In this document: piece by piece, positions 12,282 to 23,043 of the stretch | Layout: each line of letters opens with the position of its first letter | Numbering within the stretch: the first letter of the stretch is position 1 | Source: Paramoeba atlantica | Lineage: Eukaryota > Protista > Discosea | Direction: 5' to 3' | DNA length: 64,000 bases | Assembly: GCA_977017575.1 (NCBI GenBank) | Contig: CDRNVI010000185.1 | Span: 1 to 64,000, forward strand | Program-made: the position numbers and the translations under genes | The notes under the pieces: generated by a model | Told to the model about the DNA's origin: nothing | The model's database searches: none | What the model saw: the letters and a program-made list of their open reading frames with translations, nothing else

Positions 12282-14516
12282 ATGACTGCACTGCGTCCAC
12301 TCAATACCGATCCAACTTGTCCTTCCAGTTCCGACAGCATTAATGCGACCATGTGTGACATGATTTGTGATTCCTTTGAGGAAGAGATCGATCCAGAAAC
12401 AACTATGGAATCTGCCTTGTCAACAGATCATGGGCTCATTGCAAGAGATGAGACTACGAGACCAGTTTCGAATATACCAGACTCGTTCAAAACATCACCT
12501 CTTTTGGTTACATCCGGCCGCAAAACTCTCTATTCCGAGAACGTGTCGAGAAATTTTGAAGAACGAAGTACAGCGCCCGGTAACGCTCCTACTCTTTTTT
12601 CTTCTCGCAAGGAAGAGAAAAGCTGCGTGGGTAACAATGGCACCCCCTCAGAGATAAAAGCTGGCTATGGCTTTTCGCAAACTACATCGGAACAAACGGT
12701 CCTTTTCAGCCATACCCCCGCAACGACACCTCGCAAAGCAGCCACACCTGGTTCTTCTTACAGCATGGATTCGCCTAGTCGTAGTTTTTCTTCGCGCTTA
12801 TTTACGCCCCGCACCCCAATGAGCATGCGCGATAGAAAAGACGACCACGAAACAGACCGCAGAGATGCGGAATCAAAACGTTCCTTTTCTTCAGTTTCAG
12901 ATGCGCTCGCATCCACCACCGAGAGTACGCCCCGAGAGCTTACCTCCGGGACTCCGCAACCCAGTGTTTCTTCCTCACAAGCAGACAAAATGCACAAGAA
13001 GCACGGGAGCTGCAGAAGTGCTCAACCACCCGAGGAAAACAAAAACAGTCGTATTCCAACCCCGATAAAAGGAAAACCCCAACGCAGCCGGGTTTCTTCC
13101 TCCCCTCCTCCGTCCCCAAATCGCAAGAGTTCGAGTCGTCCGTCTTCCTCCCACCTTTCCTTCGACACAACCACCCCGGCACGCCCGACGCTTCCTCACA
13201 CCCCCGTCCCCACCTATTATCTCCCCCACAGCGCCCAATTCCTGCTCCCCGATTTATCCCCCACCCTCATCCAACTCCATCACAACCCTTCCTCCTCCCT
13301 TTCCACAACATGTCCCCAATGCTCTTTTCCCCACCAACCCCCAACCCCCACCCCCACCCCCACCACCACCAACATCCACCCCGATGAACCCAAAATCAAT
13401 CCCGACAATCCCGACCCATCCAAAACTCACCCTTCCAACACCCCTCCCACCCTTTCAGAGGCCACCCCCCCTTCCCCCTCCCCCTCCCCCTCCCCCTCCC
13501 CCTCTTCTTCTTCATTTTTATTCCCCCCCTTCTCCCCCCCCCGTCTCACCGTCGTCCTCGACCTCGACGAGACCCTCGTCTCCAACCGCCACCCCCACCT
13601 CCCCCGCGCCCTCCTCCGTCCCCACGCCCGGGAACTCCTCCACGCCCTCCACAACCCTACGGCAATCGAGCTCGTGCTCTGGACCGCCTCCACCCCCGAG
13701 ACCGCCCGTCCCGTGTTAGCCCAGCTGGACCCGAGCCACAGCTCCCTATTCGAGCACGTGATTTGCCGGAGCCCCCACTGGTACACGGAGCCCTTGCACA
13801 CCAAGGACCTGCGGCTGCTGGGGCGACCCCTGAGCCACGTGGTGCTGGTGGACAACGCCCCGGGCTGTGCCAAGCTGCAGCCGGGGAACGCGCTCCTCGT
13901 GGAGGACTACCTCGGGGTGGACGTGGACCCGGGGACGGGGGAGGTGGACGACACGTTGGTGCGGGTGGGGAGGGTGCTGGGGAGGTTGGTGGGGGAGATG
14001 GCGGGGGGGGGAGAGGGCCCTCCCCACGGAGGGGGGGGGAACCACCCCCCCGGCGGGGGGAAGACGGTGGCGGGGTTGTTGCAGGCGTTGGCGGAGGAGG
14101 AGAGCGATGTACAACGGGTGACGGTGTGTCCTCCGATGGCGCAGGGGAGGGGCGGTGGGGATCGAAGAGGGGGAGGCCAAGCGGTGCTAACGACCACCCC
14201 GCAGGAGGGGAGTAAAGTGGCGAAAGGGGGGTGTTACAGGGTGGAGGGGGGGAGTGGGGTGGTGAGGAAAGGGGGGGTGTACCCGGGGATGCGGGAAAAT
14301 GCCCCGAACACCCCTCGAGGGTTAACCGAATTGGATCCGAATCGTTTGTATGCGCGAGAGGGGATGGCGAAAGAGGTTAAAAGGGCTTCTTTTGCTGCAG
14401 AAAGTATGAATGGTTCGACCTTTGTTCCGATCAACGGGTACAATTTCAGTACCATGATGAGTGCACCCCCACAAGGGGCGTACTTCCGGGTGAAAAGAGG
14501 GAGCAGAGGAGCGTAG
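12282..14516 (+). CDS. FCP1/SCP-type (NLI-interacting factor, HAD) phosphatase with long disordered N-terminus
   Basis: LTVVLDLDETLV (DxDxT), LVLWTAS, HTKDLRLLGRPLSHVVLVDNAP motifs. Confidence 0.88.
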   Translation: MTALRPLNTDPTCPSSSDSINATMCDMICDSFEEEIDPETTMESALSTDHGLIARDETTRPVSNIPDSFKTSPLLVTSGRKTLYSENVSRNFEERSTAPGNAPTLFSSRKEEKSCVGNNGTPSEIKAGYGFSQTTSEQTVLFSHTPATTPRKAATPGSSYSMDSPSRSFSSRLFTPRTPMSMRDRKDDHETDRRDAESKRSFSSVSDALASTTESTPRELTSGTPQPSVSSSQADKMHKKHGSCRSAQPPEENKNSRIPTPIKGKPQRSRVSSSPPPSPNRKSSSRPSSSHLSFDTTTPARPTLPHTPVPTYYLPHSAQFLLPDLSPTLIQLHHNPSSSLSTTCPQCSFPHQPPTPTPTPTTTNIHPDEPKINPDNPDPSKTHPSNTPPTLSEATPPSPSPSPSPSPSSSSFLFPPFSPPRLTVVLDLDETLVSNRHPHLPRALLRPHARELLHALHNPTAIELVLWTASTPETARPVLAQLDPSHSSLFEHVICRSPHWYTEPLHTKDLRLLGRPLSHVVLVDNAPGCAKLQPGNALLVEDYLGVDVDPGTGEVDDTLVRVGRVLGRLVGEMAGGGEGPPHGGGGNHPPGGGKTVAGLLQALAEEESDVQRVTVCPPMAQGRGGGDRRGGGQAVLTTTPQEGSKVAKGGCYRVEGGSGVVRKGGVYPGMRENAPNTPRGLTELDPNRLYAREGMAKEVKRASFAAESMNGSTFVPINGYNFSTMMSAPPQGAYFRVKRGSRGA

Positions 14517-15510
14517 AAAGAAGGAGTCATTTTCTCCTTTTTTGGCCGTTCTTTTAAAATGCGTACGAAAGGATGCCTTAGATTTTGGTTTACAGAGGAA
14601 AATGAAGAGTTTCAAGGTATGGGGTTTTCTCTGAGAACCGAAGTGATGATATAAAAGAGTTTTTAGTAGAACTGAGTTGTGTAGAAACGTAGATGGTAGA
14701 ATTCTGCGGATGGCAAATTCGGGCAGTGTAGTCATGCGAAAGTTCCAGTTTGCGTCTGTTTTAAAGACACGAGGCTTTCGTTTTAAAGTGGCACAGTCCT
14801 GGAGTGTTTTTCCCGCTCTTTTGAATATCGTTCCCTATGATGCTTCACTGGTGATGTGCCTCAAAACGTAGAACCTAGAATGATAACTGTGTTCTATACA
14901 TATCTTCTGTATTCCATAATTACTCGCTTAGGCAACGCTATAGTAGCGTAAAGTCTTGCCCCCAAAGGGTATGGATGAGTTTAAAATGTATAACCTTAGA
15001 AAATGTTTTCTAGTAGAGTTGATGTAGGTGTTCCACTTGTGTGTTATGGTTTGAGATTCAGAATTTTCAAATCGAGATTCTTTTTTTTTGTTTCACAAAG
15101 TCAGGCTCTTCATTTCGCTATTTTCTTGATGCCATACTCAACTTTGTCGACGTAACTATCCCTTTGAAGTTTTCACCAACCGAAACAACCTACTCCATAA
15201 CAGAGTCCCGACACCCCTTTTGCTGACCCAAAACTAGACCCAAGCCTGCACTATGTATCCTAAAATCTCTTCTTCTTTTCTCCGCTTTCCTCTACCACCG
15301 CTTACCACATCCCTCACAAGATAGCCCCTTCGAAAAACCCTAAAATCTAAGCTCTAAAAATCACCCAAAAGGCTACAAAAGGCTCTGAAAACCCATAAAG
15401 AGAGCTGAAAACCACGTAAAAACCTTTAAAAAAGGTTCAAAAAAGTTTTTAAAAACATCAAAACCTTTCAAAAACACCTCGATAAAGCCGTAAAAAAGCT
15501 TTAAACCCCC

Positions 15511-18500
15511 ATGGACCCAACCCCCATGGACCCCTCCCCTCCCCCCTCCCCCTCCCCCCTGCTCGACGCCCACTACCAGCGGGGCCGTCTCCTCGGGGTC
15601 GGGGGCTTCGGCAAGGTCTACGCGGTCACCCACACCCGCACCGGCCTCCCCTACGCCATGAAGGTCATCACCCAGGCCTTCATCGCGCAGCACGACATTG
15701 GGAGTTATGTCAAGAAAGAGGTCGAGATGCTCAAACGGGTGCGACACAAACACGTGATTGGGTTCATCAAGTGCGTGGAGACCGCGGAGGCGGTGCACAT
15801 CATCATGGAGCTCGCCCCCGGGGGGGAGCTGTTTGATAAGATCCTCGTCTCCAAGCGGTTCTCCGAGCGCACCGCGCGGAAGTACTACCAGCAGCTCATG
15901 AGTGCCATGGCCGCGTGCCACCATTTAGGCATCAGCCATCGGGATTTAAAAGCGGAGAATTTGCTGCTCGATGCGGAGGGGAATTTAAAGGTGTGTGATT
16001 TTGGGTTGGGGGTGGTGAGCGACCGGAGTGTGCGGCAGCATAGTATCACGGGGTGTGTGGAGTATCAAATGCCGGAGATGCTGGAGAGTGCGCCGTGGTA
16101 TGGAGGGAGTGGTGGTGGATTTGAGGAGGAAGAGGGGTATGATGCACAAGCGTGTGATGTGTGGGCTTCCGGGGTGATTTTGTGTTTTATGTTGTGTGGG
16201 TTTTTGCCATTTGCGGGGAAATCGGATAGTGAGACGGCTCGTGCGGTGAAAAGAGGGATTCCGCGATTGGCGCCGCATCTTTCGCAGGAGGTGTGTCATT
16301 TGATTAAGTTTATCTTGGCAAAAGAGCCCCATCGCAGAGCGACGATTGCGGATATTATTGCTGATCCGTGGTTTAATGAGGGAGGAAATTTGCGAGTGGA
16401 GGCGCTGTTTCCGGAGGAGTATTTACCTGAGGAAAGTGTGGAAGAGGAGACAAAAAATGATGTTTCACGAGACGGGAGTTTAACCAATATCCCCCACACA
16501 CCTGTAACGGGTCCGCGAATGGCACATAGTTTTACGAGTCCCAATGTGCATCTTTCCGGGTCCTTGCCGAGTAGTCACTTGTTGGATGTTCCTTCAATGG
16601 AGTTCTCCCCTCCTAGTTCGCCCGCAACGGCAGATAAATATGGAACTTTTGGGACCCACCCGCATGCCAACTTAAACCGTTTAAAAGCCTCTCCGAGTGA
16701 TCCTTTAATGCGTGAAAGCGTGGAGCGTCACAAACTGGACACGGGTTCCGCAACTCACCATATGGTGGATCGCGCAAAATTACGCCAGGCGTTCGACACA
16801 CTGGACTGTGTCTCCAGCAAATCACTCGGCTATATGGATATTCGCTGGATCGTGATGGAAAATATGAATCGGGATGTGTTACAAACCTCCTCGCAAGATC
16901 TGTATCGAATTATGCGGTTTTTGGGAGCCAACCCCGGAGAGGAAGAGCGTTTTTCCATTTCCTCATCTCGTTTTTGTGAAGCCTATTTACCCTTACTGTT
17001 GTCCACGACTTCTCGAGCCCGTGAGTCTGGCCGAGTGCTACGGAAACAGCTTGATTGGTTATCCGCAAGTACGCTCAAAGAGATTTTGTCTCCCCAAATT
17101 TTGTCAACCGAGATGATTGCCTCCTTGTCCAAATTTGGACCTTTGGAGAGACTCTTACAACTGGTCACACCTCTTCGCGCAATTCCTACCCGATTGGTTG
17201 TCTCGTTGCAGCAAATCTTTTATCAAATACAAGATGAGCGAGGGGTGCTCGGCCGAGAAGAACTCCGAAAGACACTATGTGAAATGAAATCGGAACACGA
17301 CTTGAAAGTGAGCCAAAAACTGAACGAGTTCGCGGTAGATTCGCCTCCTGTGGGATGCGTTACGGACATGAGCTGTGAATTCGTCTGTGGTACTCCAAAA
17401 ATGTACACAGAAAAGGGCGACACTGGCGAGGAAACTGAAAAATTGATTTCGGAGTTCATTCAGCATTTTAGCGCAAACCCCGAAATACGAAACTACATTA
17501 CCTTTGCCGAGTTTGTTATGGGTGTCACAGCTCCGATCCATGTCCCAAATTCCATTTCTTCTAATGGGGCTTCAACAGATCCATTGGCATCTATCAACAC
17601 TCAAACAACCAATCAACACAAGATAACAACTGATGCAAATTTGCCCTCTCGCCGGCAATCATCTGTTTCCGGACATGGTGCTTCAGGAGTTCCGAGCGTT
17701 TTTTCACTGACGAGTCTTACCCGACGACTTCCCGCATTGGCGCATTTAGAGACAACACTCCAAATACAGGAATACGGTCATCGAGGGCTTACTCTGGCGG
17801 GCACCCCGGAATTTCTGCGAACTAAATTGCTCAAGCTTCATCGTATGCGGTATTGTACAGGTTTTAGAGAGAGAGGACGACATACGGTCTGTAGTGCCTC
17901 TTTTTCAAAAGAAAGCTTGATGCCTGATTCTCCTCCCGTGGAAACGAGTTTTAATCAAACCGAAAAAATACGAAGCCGAACCGAGACTGGTGTGGAACCT
18001 CTCGAAACGGAAAGTACGACAGAGCTCCCCCCTCTACCGGAGAAATGGGAATCGCTTCTCCTACCGACCCATACCGACTTTCTATATCTCCAACCTCTGC
18101 AGGGGCATCACGAGCCTTACTTAAAAGGATTGTACTACTCCAACGGGACCGACGTGCGCGCCTTTTTACGCCAACAACTTCATCTGTTTGCCCTTTCTGA
18201 TCAGAAAACAGGACTGAATGCTAAAACAGTCCAACGAAGCTCTGTGAGCCATTCTTCAGGTAAATTATCAGGAACCCTGGCGAATGTGGTAAAATCGCAC
18301 ACCCATGCGCATCGTTTGTCGCTGTCTACTTTATGCCACTTAGGCCAATCACACCAAACTAACAAAGGAACGCATTACGCCCATAAGCCCTCTAGTCTAC
18401 AACTGGGATTGTTATCGCAACCTCGTGGGGTGTCTTCTCGAAAGGGCTCACCGGTTTCAACGCAAGCAGAGGGACACTTTGATGCAGAGACAAATGTTCA

Positions 18501-19536
18501 TTTACGTGAGATCCAATCTCCAACGATTTCACTGAATAGCGAATCCATTCCCTCAAGTCCAACACCTTGCAAAGCCTCGGAAGGCTTCGTGGACGGGGCA
18601 ATGCAAAAAAAGAATGGAGAACTTCAATCGTCTCGTAGTCCGTCCGTTGAAAGCGCGACCCTAACCAAAACATTGCTTAACGATCACGAATCTAATCATT
18701 TGATGGATCATCAAGAAAAAGCAGCTCATCCTCCGAATGACAATAAGATTCCGAGCTCCGAAAAACGACCCTCCCATTTGGTAAATGCAACAAATCCCAC
18801 TTTCCCGCACTCCCCGAAACCCAAACCTTTCTACTCTCCACCTTCTCTCTCACCATCTTCTTCCCTCCCCCCTCCTGAAATTCAACAACCCGACACCCCA
18901 ACCCCCTCAAAACTTGAAACCTCTCAACGAGAATACAAAACCGGGAATCTAATCGCCTCAGCCCCTCTCCCCTGTGAGGGAGCAGAGTCCCCTCTCTCTT
19001 ACCCTACGATTTATAAACCTCACACAGAAATCCCATTCTCTAAACCCAATCCCACAGAATGCTTGATTTCTAAATTCACAGAAATCCCGATTTCCCAATC
19101 CAAAAGCACAGAAATCTCGATTTCTAAACCCAATCCCACAGAAATCCCAGTTTCTCAATCCGATCCCACAGAAATCCTAATTTCTAAATCCAATATCATA
19201 GAAATCCCGATTTCTAAATCGAACACAGAAATCCCGATTTCTAAACCCAATACCACAGAAATCCCGATTTCTAAATCCAATAACACAGAGTTCCCCGCCC
19301 CCAAACCCCACCCCCACCCCCACAGCGATCTCGGGTCCCTCTTCGCCCCCACCTGCGTCGTCACCCTCGCCCTGCTCCCCTCCACCGCGGGGTACACGAA
19401 GGTAATCCCGAGCCGTATCCGCGGCCCCACGCTCGGGTACCACCGGGCGGTACAGATCCTCACCGCCCTCACCCAGCAGGAGAGGGACCAGGCCGTGAGG
19501 GACACCCAGGTGGTGGACGACCCCGAGTGGGTGTAG
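15511..19536 (+). CDS. Ser/Thr protein kinase, CAMKL (SNF1/CIPK-like), with EF-hand-like and KA1-like segments
   Basis: GVGGFGKV, YAMK, HRDLKAEN, DFG, DVWASG motifs; degenerate EF-hand-like helices; C-terminal SRIRGPTLGYH. Confidence 0.9.
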   Translation: MDPTPMDPSPPPSPSPLLDAHYQRGRLLGVGGFGKVYAVTHTRTGLPYAMKVITQAFIAQHDIGSYVKKEVEMLKRVRHKHVIGFIKCVETAEAVHIIMELAPGGELFDKILVSKRFSERTARKYYQQLMSAMAACHHLGISHRDLKAENLLLDAEGNLKVCDFGLGVVSDRSVRQHSITGCVEYQMPEMLESAPWYGGSGGGFEEEEGYDAQACDVWASGVILCFMLCGFLPFAGKSDSETARAVKRGIPRLAPHLSQEVCHLIKFILAKEPHRRATIADIIADPWFNEGGNLRVEALFPEEYLPEESVEEETKNDVSRDGSLTNIPHTPVTGPRMAHSFTSPNVHLSGSLPSSHLLDVPSMEFSPPSSPATADKYGTFGTHPHANLNRLKASPSDPLMRESVERHKLDTGSATHHMVDRAKLRQAFDTLDCVSSKSLGYMDIRWIVMENMNRDVLQTSSQDLYRIMRFLGANPGEEERFSISSSRFCEAYLPLLLSTTSRARESGRVLRKQLDWLSASTLKEILSPQILSTEMIASLSKFGPLERLLQLVTPLRAIPTRLVVSLQQIFYQIQDERGVLGREELRKTLCEMKSEHDLKVSQKLNEFAVDSPPVGCVTDMSCEFVCGTPKMYTEKGDTGEETEKLISEFIQHFSANPEIRNYITFAEFVMGVTAPIHVPNSISSNGASTDPLASINTQTTNQHKITTDANLPSRRQSSVSGHGASGVPSVFSLTSLTRRLPALAHLETTLQIQEYGHRGLTLAGTPEFLRTKLLKLHRMRYCTGFRERGRHTVCSASFSKESLMPDSPPVETSFNQTEKIRSRTETGVEPLETESTTELPPLPEKWESLLLPTHTDFLYLQPLQGHHEPYLKGLYYSNGTDVRAFLRQQLHLFALSDQKTGLNAKTVQRSSVSHSSGKLSGTLANVVKSHTHAHRLSLSTLCHLGQSHQTNKGTHYAHKPSSLQLGLLSQPRGVSSRKGSPVSTQAEGHFDAETNVHLREIQSPTISLNSESIPSSPTPCKASEGFVDGAMQKKNGELQSSRSPSVESATLTKTLLNDHESNHLMDHQEKAAHPPNDNKIPSSEKRPSHLVNATNPTFPHSPKPKPFYSPPSLSPSSSLPPPEIQQPDTPTPSKLETSQREYKTGNLIASAPLPCEGAESPLSYPTIYKPHTEIPFSKPNPTECLISKFTEIPISQSKSTEISISKPNPTEIPVSQSDPTEILISKSNIIEIPISKSNTEIPISKPNTTEIPISKSNNTEFPAPKPHPHPHSDLGSLFAPTCVVTLALLPSTAGYTKVIPSRIRGPTLGYHRAVQILTALTQQERDQAVRDTQVVDDPEWV
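19024..19290 (+). repeat. Coding tandem repeat (TEIPISKxNx, about 9 units of 8-10 aa)
   Basis: ACAGAAATCCCGATTTCTAAA.. units in the kinase C-terminus. Confidence 0.85.
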
Positions 19537-20181
19537 AGCCCCGTGGGGTAGGCCTAACCGAAACAATAGCCAAAAGAAATAATAAATAAAACAATAACCA
19601 AAACAATAACCAAAAGAATACAATCGATAAAGTTGAAAAAAAGATTGTAAGGAAAAAAAATCTTAAAAAGAGTGGGGGTAAGCCCCAAGAGACGTAACCA
19701 AAAGAATACGATCGATAAAGATTGAAAAAAAGGTTGTAAGGGATTTTAAAAAGAGTGAGAGAGAGTGAGAGAGAGTGTGTGCACCCCTCTTTCGCTACTT
19801 TGTAGGGAGAGTGGGGATGGGTGAAGGAAAAGAAAGGAGGAAGAGATGGGATAGTAAAAACGGTTGTATTTATATTTACGTATGCATGTATACGTGTAAA
19901 TGGTAAATACAAGGGTAAATTAATTTTATAATTTTAATAAGGATCTGGGTTGTCTAACATAATGGGCGATGAGCTTCTATTAACATCCTCAGCGATTGTT
20001 TTGGATCATAGTGTAGAGGGAACATTATTCTGTAGAGTGAAATATGATTCCGCGTCAAAAATTTCTTTTAAGCTTGTCTTTTTCATCGCTTCTACTTTAT
20101 TTTAATATATTTTTTATGCTATAAATTTATGTGATCCGAAACTAATAGTTTCGGATAATTATCATGTAAACCATAGTTACT

Positions 20182-21255
20182 ATGGTTCGAATGTTTGCTT
20201 TGCTCATACTTTACAACAGTGCGGATAATTCTGCGATTTTAGCTTCGCGTGCTGGAAAAGTGAGGGATATATTTCTTCCTCAGGAATATGACCTTGCAAA
20301 ATTTATTTGTGATATTAAGAATCCACATGAGTCATGGAGTACTGCCACACCTGCATGTCAGTGGGATGGAGTGGACTGCAATGATGAAGGTGAAGCCATT
20401 AGCATTAGGCGGAACAATCGAGGGGTACGGGGAACTTTGCATTGGGAACATTTACCACGATCTCTCACATGGTTAAATATTTCTGCTAACGAGTTGTGTG
20501 GTGCAGTAGATTTTTCAGTATTGCCTCAGGATATATGGAAGATATATGGAAGATAAAGATATAGTTTCTGTACCTTGTTGGTACATTTTCCCTAGTTCGT
20601 CCTTTCTTTTCCCGGAAACGGGCATACTCTTAACCTTTTATGTATGTCCGTTTCCGGCTGGCGCTAGGGCCGGAAACTCATCTTTCCGTTGAAGAGGGGC
20701 CGCCGCTTCGCACTCACGTGAAGCGCCGTCAGACGCGCCGAATGCCCCCGCTGGATGGACGCCGGGGAGAGCCTCTCAACGACGCTGCGTAGCCGAAAGG
20801 CTTCTTGCAGCCTCTCAACGACGCCCCCCGCCGTGGAAGTCCAGTGCCCCCTTCACCCCCCCAGGCGCTGCAGAACCTCCCTTGAGGACCACGCGGCGTG
20901 GCCATAGGCCGAATCCCTGCGTACGAACGGCGTTGAATGCGCTGTAATGACCGTTGATAACGGTCGTCGTACGACAGGAAGATGCTCTGCCGGCTCGCCC
21001 GGTATGAACCTGAAATGAAATGGACAGAAATTTGTTTAGCGGAGAATTCGATATGAAAAAGCTCCCCCCATAGTGACTTATCTGGATGTATCAGACAATA
21101 AGTTTAGTGGCTTAGTTGACCCCTCAAGTCTTTTGCATATGCGTCTAGCAGCTGGTGATTCATACCTTGATATAGTGGACAAATATGAATTGAGAGGCGC
21201 AGTGTCTAAAAAGTGGATTCTTGATAAGATGTGGTTTGTTCCGGAAGAAGAATAA
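20182..21255 (+). pseudogene. LRR gene interrupted by an SL-headed insertion
   Basis: The N-terminal half (ACQWDGVDC cap) ends at ~20549. MDRNLFSGEF...VTYLDVSDNKFSG resumes at 21020, with a 1-nt frameshift in the C-run at ~21064. Confidence 0.75.
20550..21019 (+). mobile_element. SL-headed putative non-autonomous retroposon (family S, copy 1)
   Basis: SL-like AAGATAAAGATATAGTTTCTGTACCTTGTTG at 20550-20580, then the hairpin CCGGAAACGGGCATA...TATGTCCGTTTCCGG. Possible ATGGA TSD. Homologous to 22070-22533 (-). Confidence 0.6.
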
Positions 21256-22069
21256 GAAGAAGACACGGAGGGCTCTGCAGAGCCAACCGTTAGAGTAGAG
21301 TCTCAGGTCACCGACCTTCATTGTTTTGCTACCCCCTTCCCAGACGGCACTCGACGCCTTGCGGTCCGAACACGGCTACCCAACCGTAGCTACCAGGACA
21401 GGTGTCCACCCCGCTGCATCGTGTCTCAAGCCTCATTTGCGTAAGCAACTCGCAATTTAGCGGCTGCGCTGGAGCTGGGTTCAGCTCGGCGGTTCCGGGT
21501 CGCTCCTCCAGGGGAGCGGGGTTGGGTGTGGGCCTTGAAGGTACTCCTGATCGCTTTCCCTTTGTAGTGAGGCCGCCAGGTTGCGAGTTTTGTCGATAGC
21601 GGGAATCGAATCACCAACCTGCAGGTTGTAAGGCCCACCGTCTGCCAACTGCACTCGCACCGCTGGTTTGTTCCGGGATCCCTCGTTTGCTCCATGAATC
21701 CCTGTTTTTGTTCCGGAATCCTGGTTGGAATAACTGTTCTAAACCACATTCCCGGTTAACATACCCCCCTGGTATGTTGTCGAGGTATAGATACAGTCGT
21801 TTCAAGATATATCACCCCCGGAGGAATTTTGAATTTTTTTATCTGTTTTTTCTCATTTTCTCGTTTTATCTGTTTTTTCTCGTTTCACTGGTGAAGCGTT
21901 TTGCTGCCCTTTTTTCGTATGGACCCCTTGATACCCCTTGGGTCCAAAAATTTGATGTTCATGCGCTCATTGGCGCAGAGATACAGCCCTGGATGCGACG
22001 GCCGATATCATCGGCACATGATCCGTCCACAACGGATGTCGCACCAAGGGGCATTCGGCACGGACTCTG

Positions 22070-22533
22070 TCGGTAGAGGGGGTCCAGGCAACTCGCCCTC
22101 TCTTTACGCAGCCGGAGGGGCGTACTGGAACCGACTCGGTCCCAGTTGGTAGAGGTGGTCCAGGCAACTCACCACCTCTTTAAGCAGCCGGAGGGGCGCA
22201 CTGCAACCGACCGCTGCCTCGCGATAAGACGAGGCAGAGCCACGCCCAGTGGTCTTCAAGGGAGGCCACAAGGGCGCATGTCTCCTCGGGAAGGAAAGGG
22301 CGCGAAAGGAAGAAATCCGGGGAGGGAAGTAAACTCGCTCAAAGAGTGAGCCGGGGAGGGGTGATGGGGTGGAAGCCCGTCCCCTACTTCGCCGAGAAAG
22401 AGGGACAGTTTCGACCTTAGTGCCGGCCGGCAACGGGCATATGAACAGTAAGACTATGCCCGTTGCCGGGGAAAGAAAAGATAAACTAAAGGAAAAAGTC
22501 CCAACAAGGTACAGAAACTGTATCTTTATCTTT
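22070..22533 (-). mobile_element. SL-headed putative non-autonomous retroposon (family S, copy 2)
   Basis: The reverse complement of 22502-22533 is AAAGATAAAGATACAGTTTCTGTACCTTGTTG, then the hairpin CCGGCAACGGGCATA...TATGCCCGTTGCCGG. Shares CCTCCCTTGA(A/G)GACCAC with copy 1; has an internal ~76-bp tandem duplication. Confidence 0.6.
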
Positions 22534-22845
22534 AATGGTTTTGGACTTCCTTCGATATTTATCAAAAATCAAATTTATCAAAAAAAATATTTATCATAAA
22601 AATCTTGTTTTGGCTATTTTTCGGGTCACCATACATATAAATGCATATAAATACATATCATAATTTATGTATGAGCACCAGGGCGTGAAAAAAAGCGCTT
22701 CTCTAGGGGAATGAGATCTCTCGTTTGCAACAAAAATGAGCAGACGGTAGACTGCTGAAGAAATAGAACATTTCTTCAACTTTCAACTACAACTGTAAGC
22801 GTATGGTGGGGTATACCCGAGTCATTGTTTACTTCACGCCAATAA

Positions 22846-22926
22846 GTGAGGGGCTGCGGGTGAGGCCCAAAACGAGATCACGCGAGATCATACGAGATCA
22901 CGCGAGATCATACTCGCAGCCCCTCA
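22846..22926. mobile_element. ~80-bp mini-MITE with TGAGGGGCTGCG termini
   Basis: Inverted 12-bp ends with internal (GAGATCACGCGAGATCATAC)x2. The same terminus occurs at ~5370 (-), 30385, 35835, 41285 and 63676. Confidence 0.55.
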
Positions 22927-23043
22927 AGTGTCGGTAATACTACTTACCATTGCACACGGCACGTCTATAGTAGTATACACTACAGTGTACTACTAGCCAC
23001 TTTTTTATCGGCACACTGAATTTTTCTCCCATAAAATTTCACT

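Noticed and set aside
13384-14530. Overlapping alternative-frame and antisense ORFs in the phosphatase, kinase, 755/844-aa and RT genes
   Set aside because: They are shadows of GC-rich or repeated coding sequence, with no recognisable motifs.
21426-21749. Minus-strand 107-aa ORF with CECSW..., possibly a retroelement zinc-finger fragment
   Set aside because: Too short and lacking full ligand spacing, so I cannot support a call without a profile search.
22150-22250. Twister-like words (TTAA GCAGCC ... GCAGAG)
   Set aside because: There is no P4/L4 with the AAGC pseudoknot partner, and the GCAGAG segment is used in a local hairpin.
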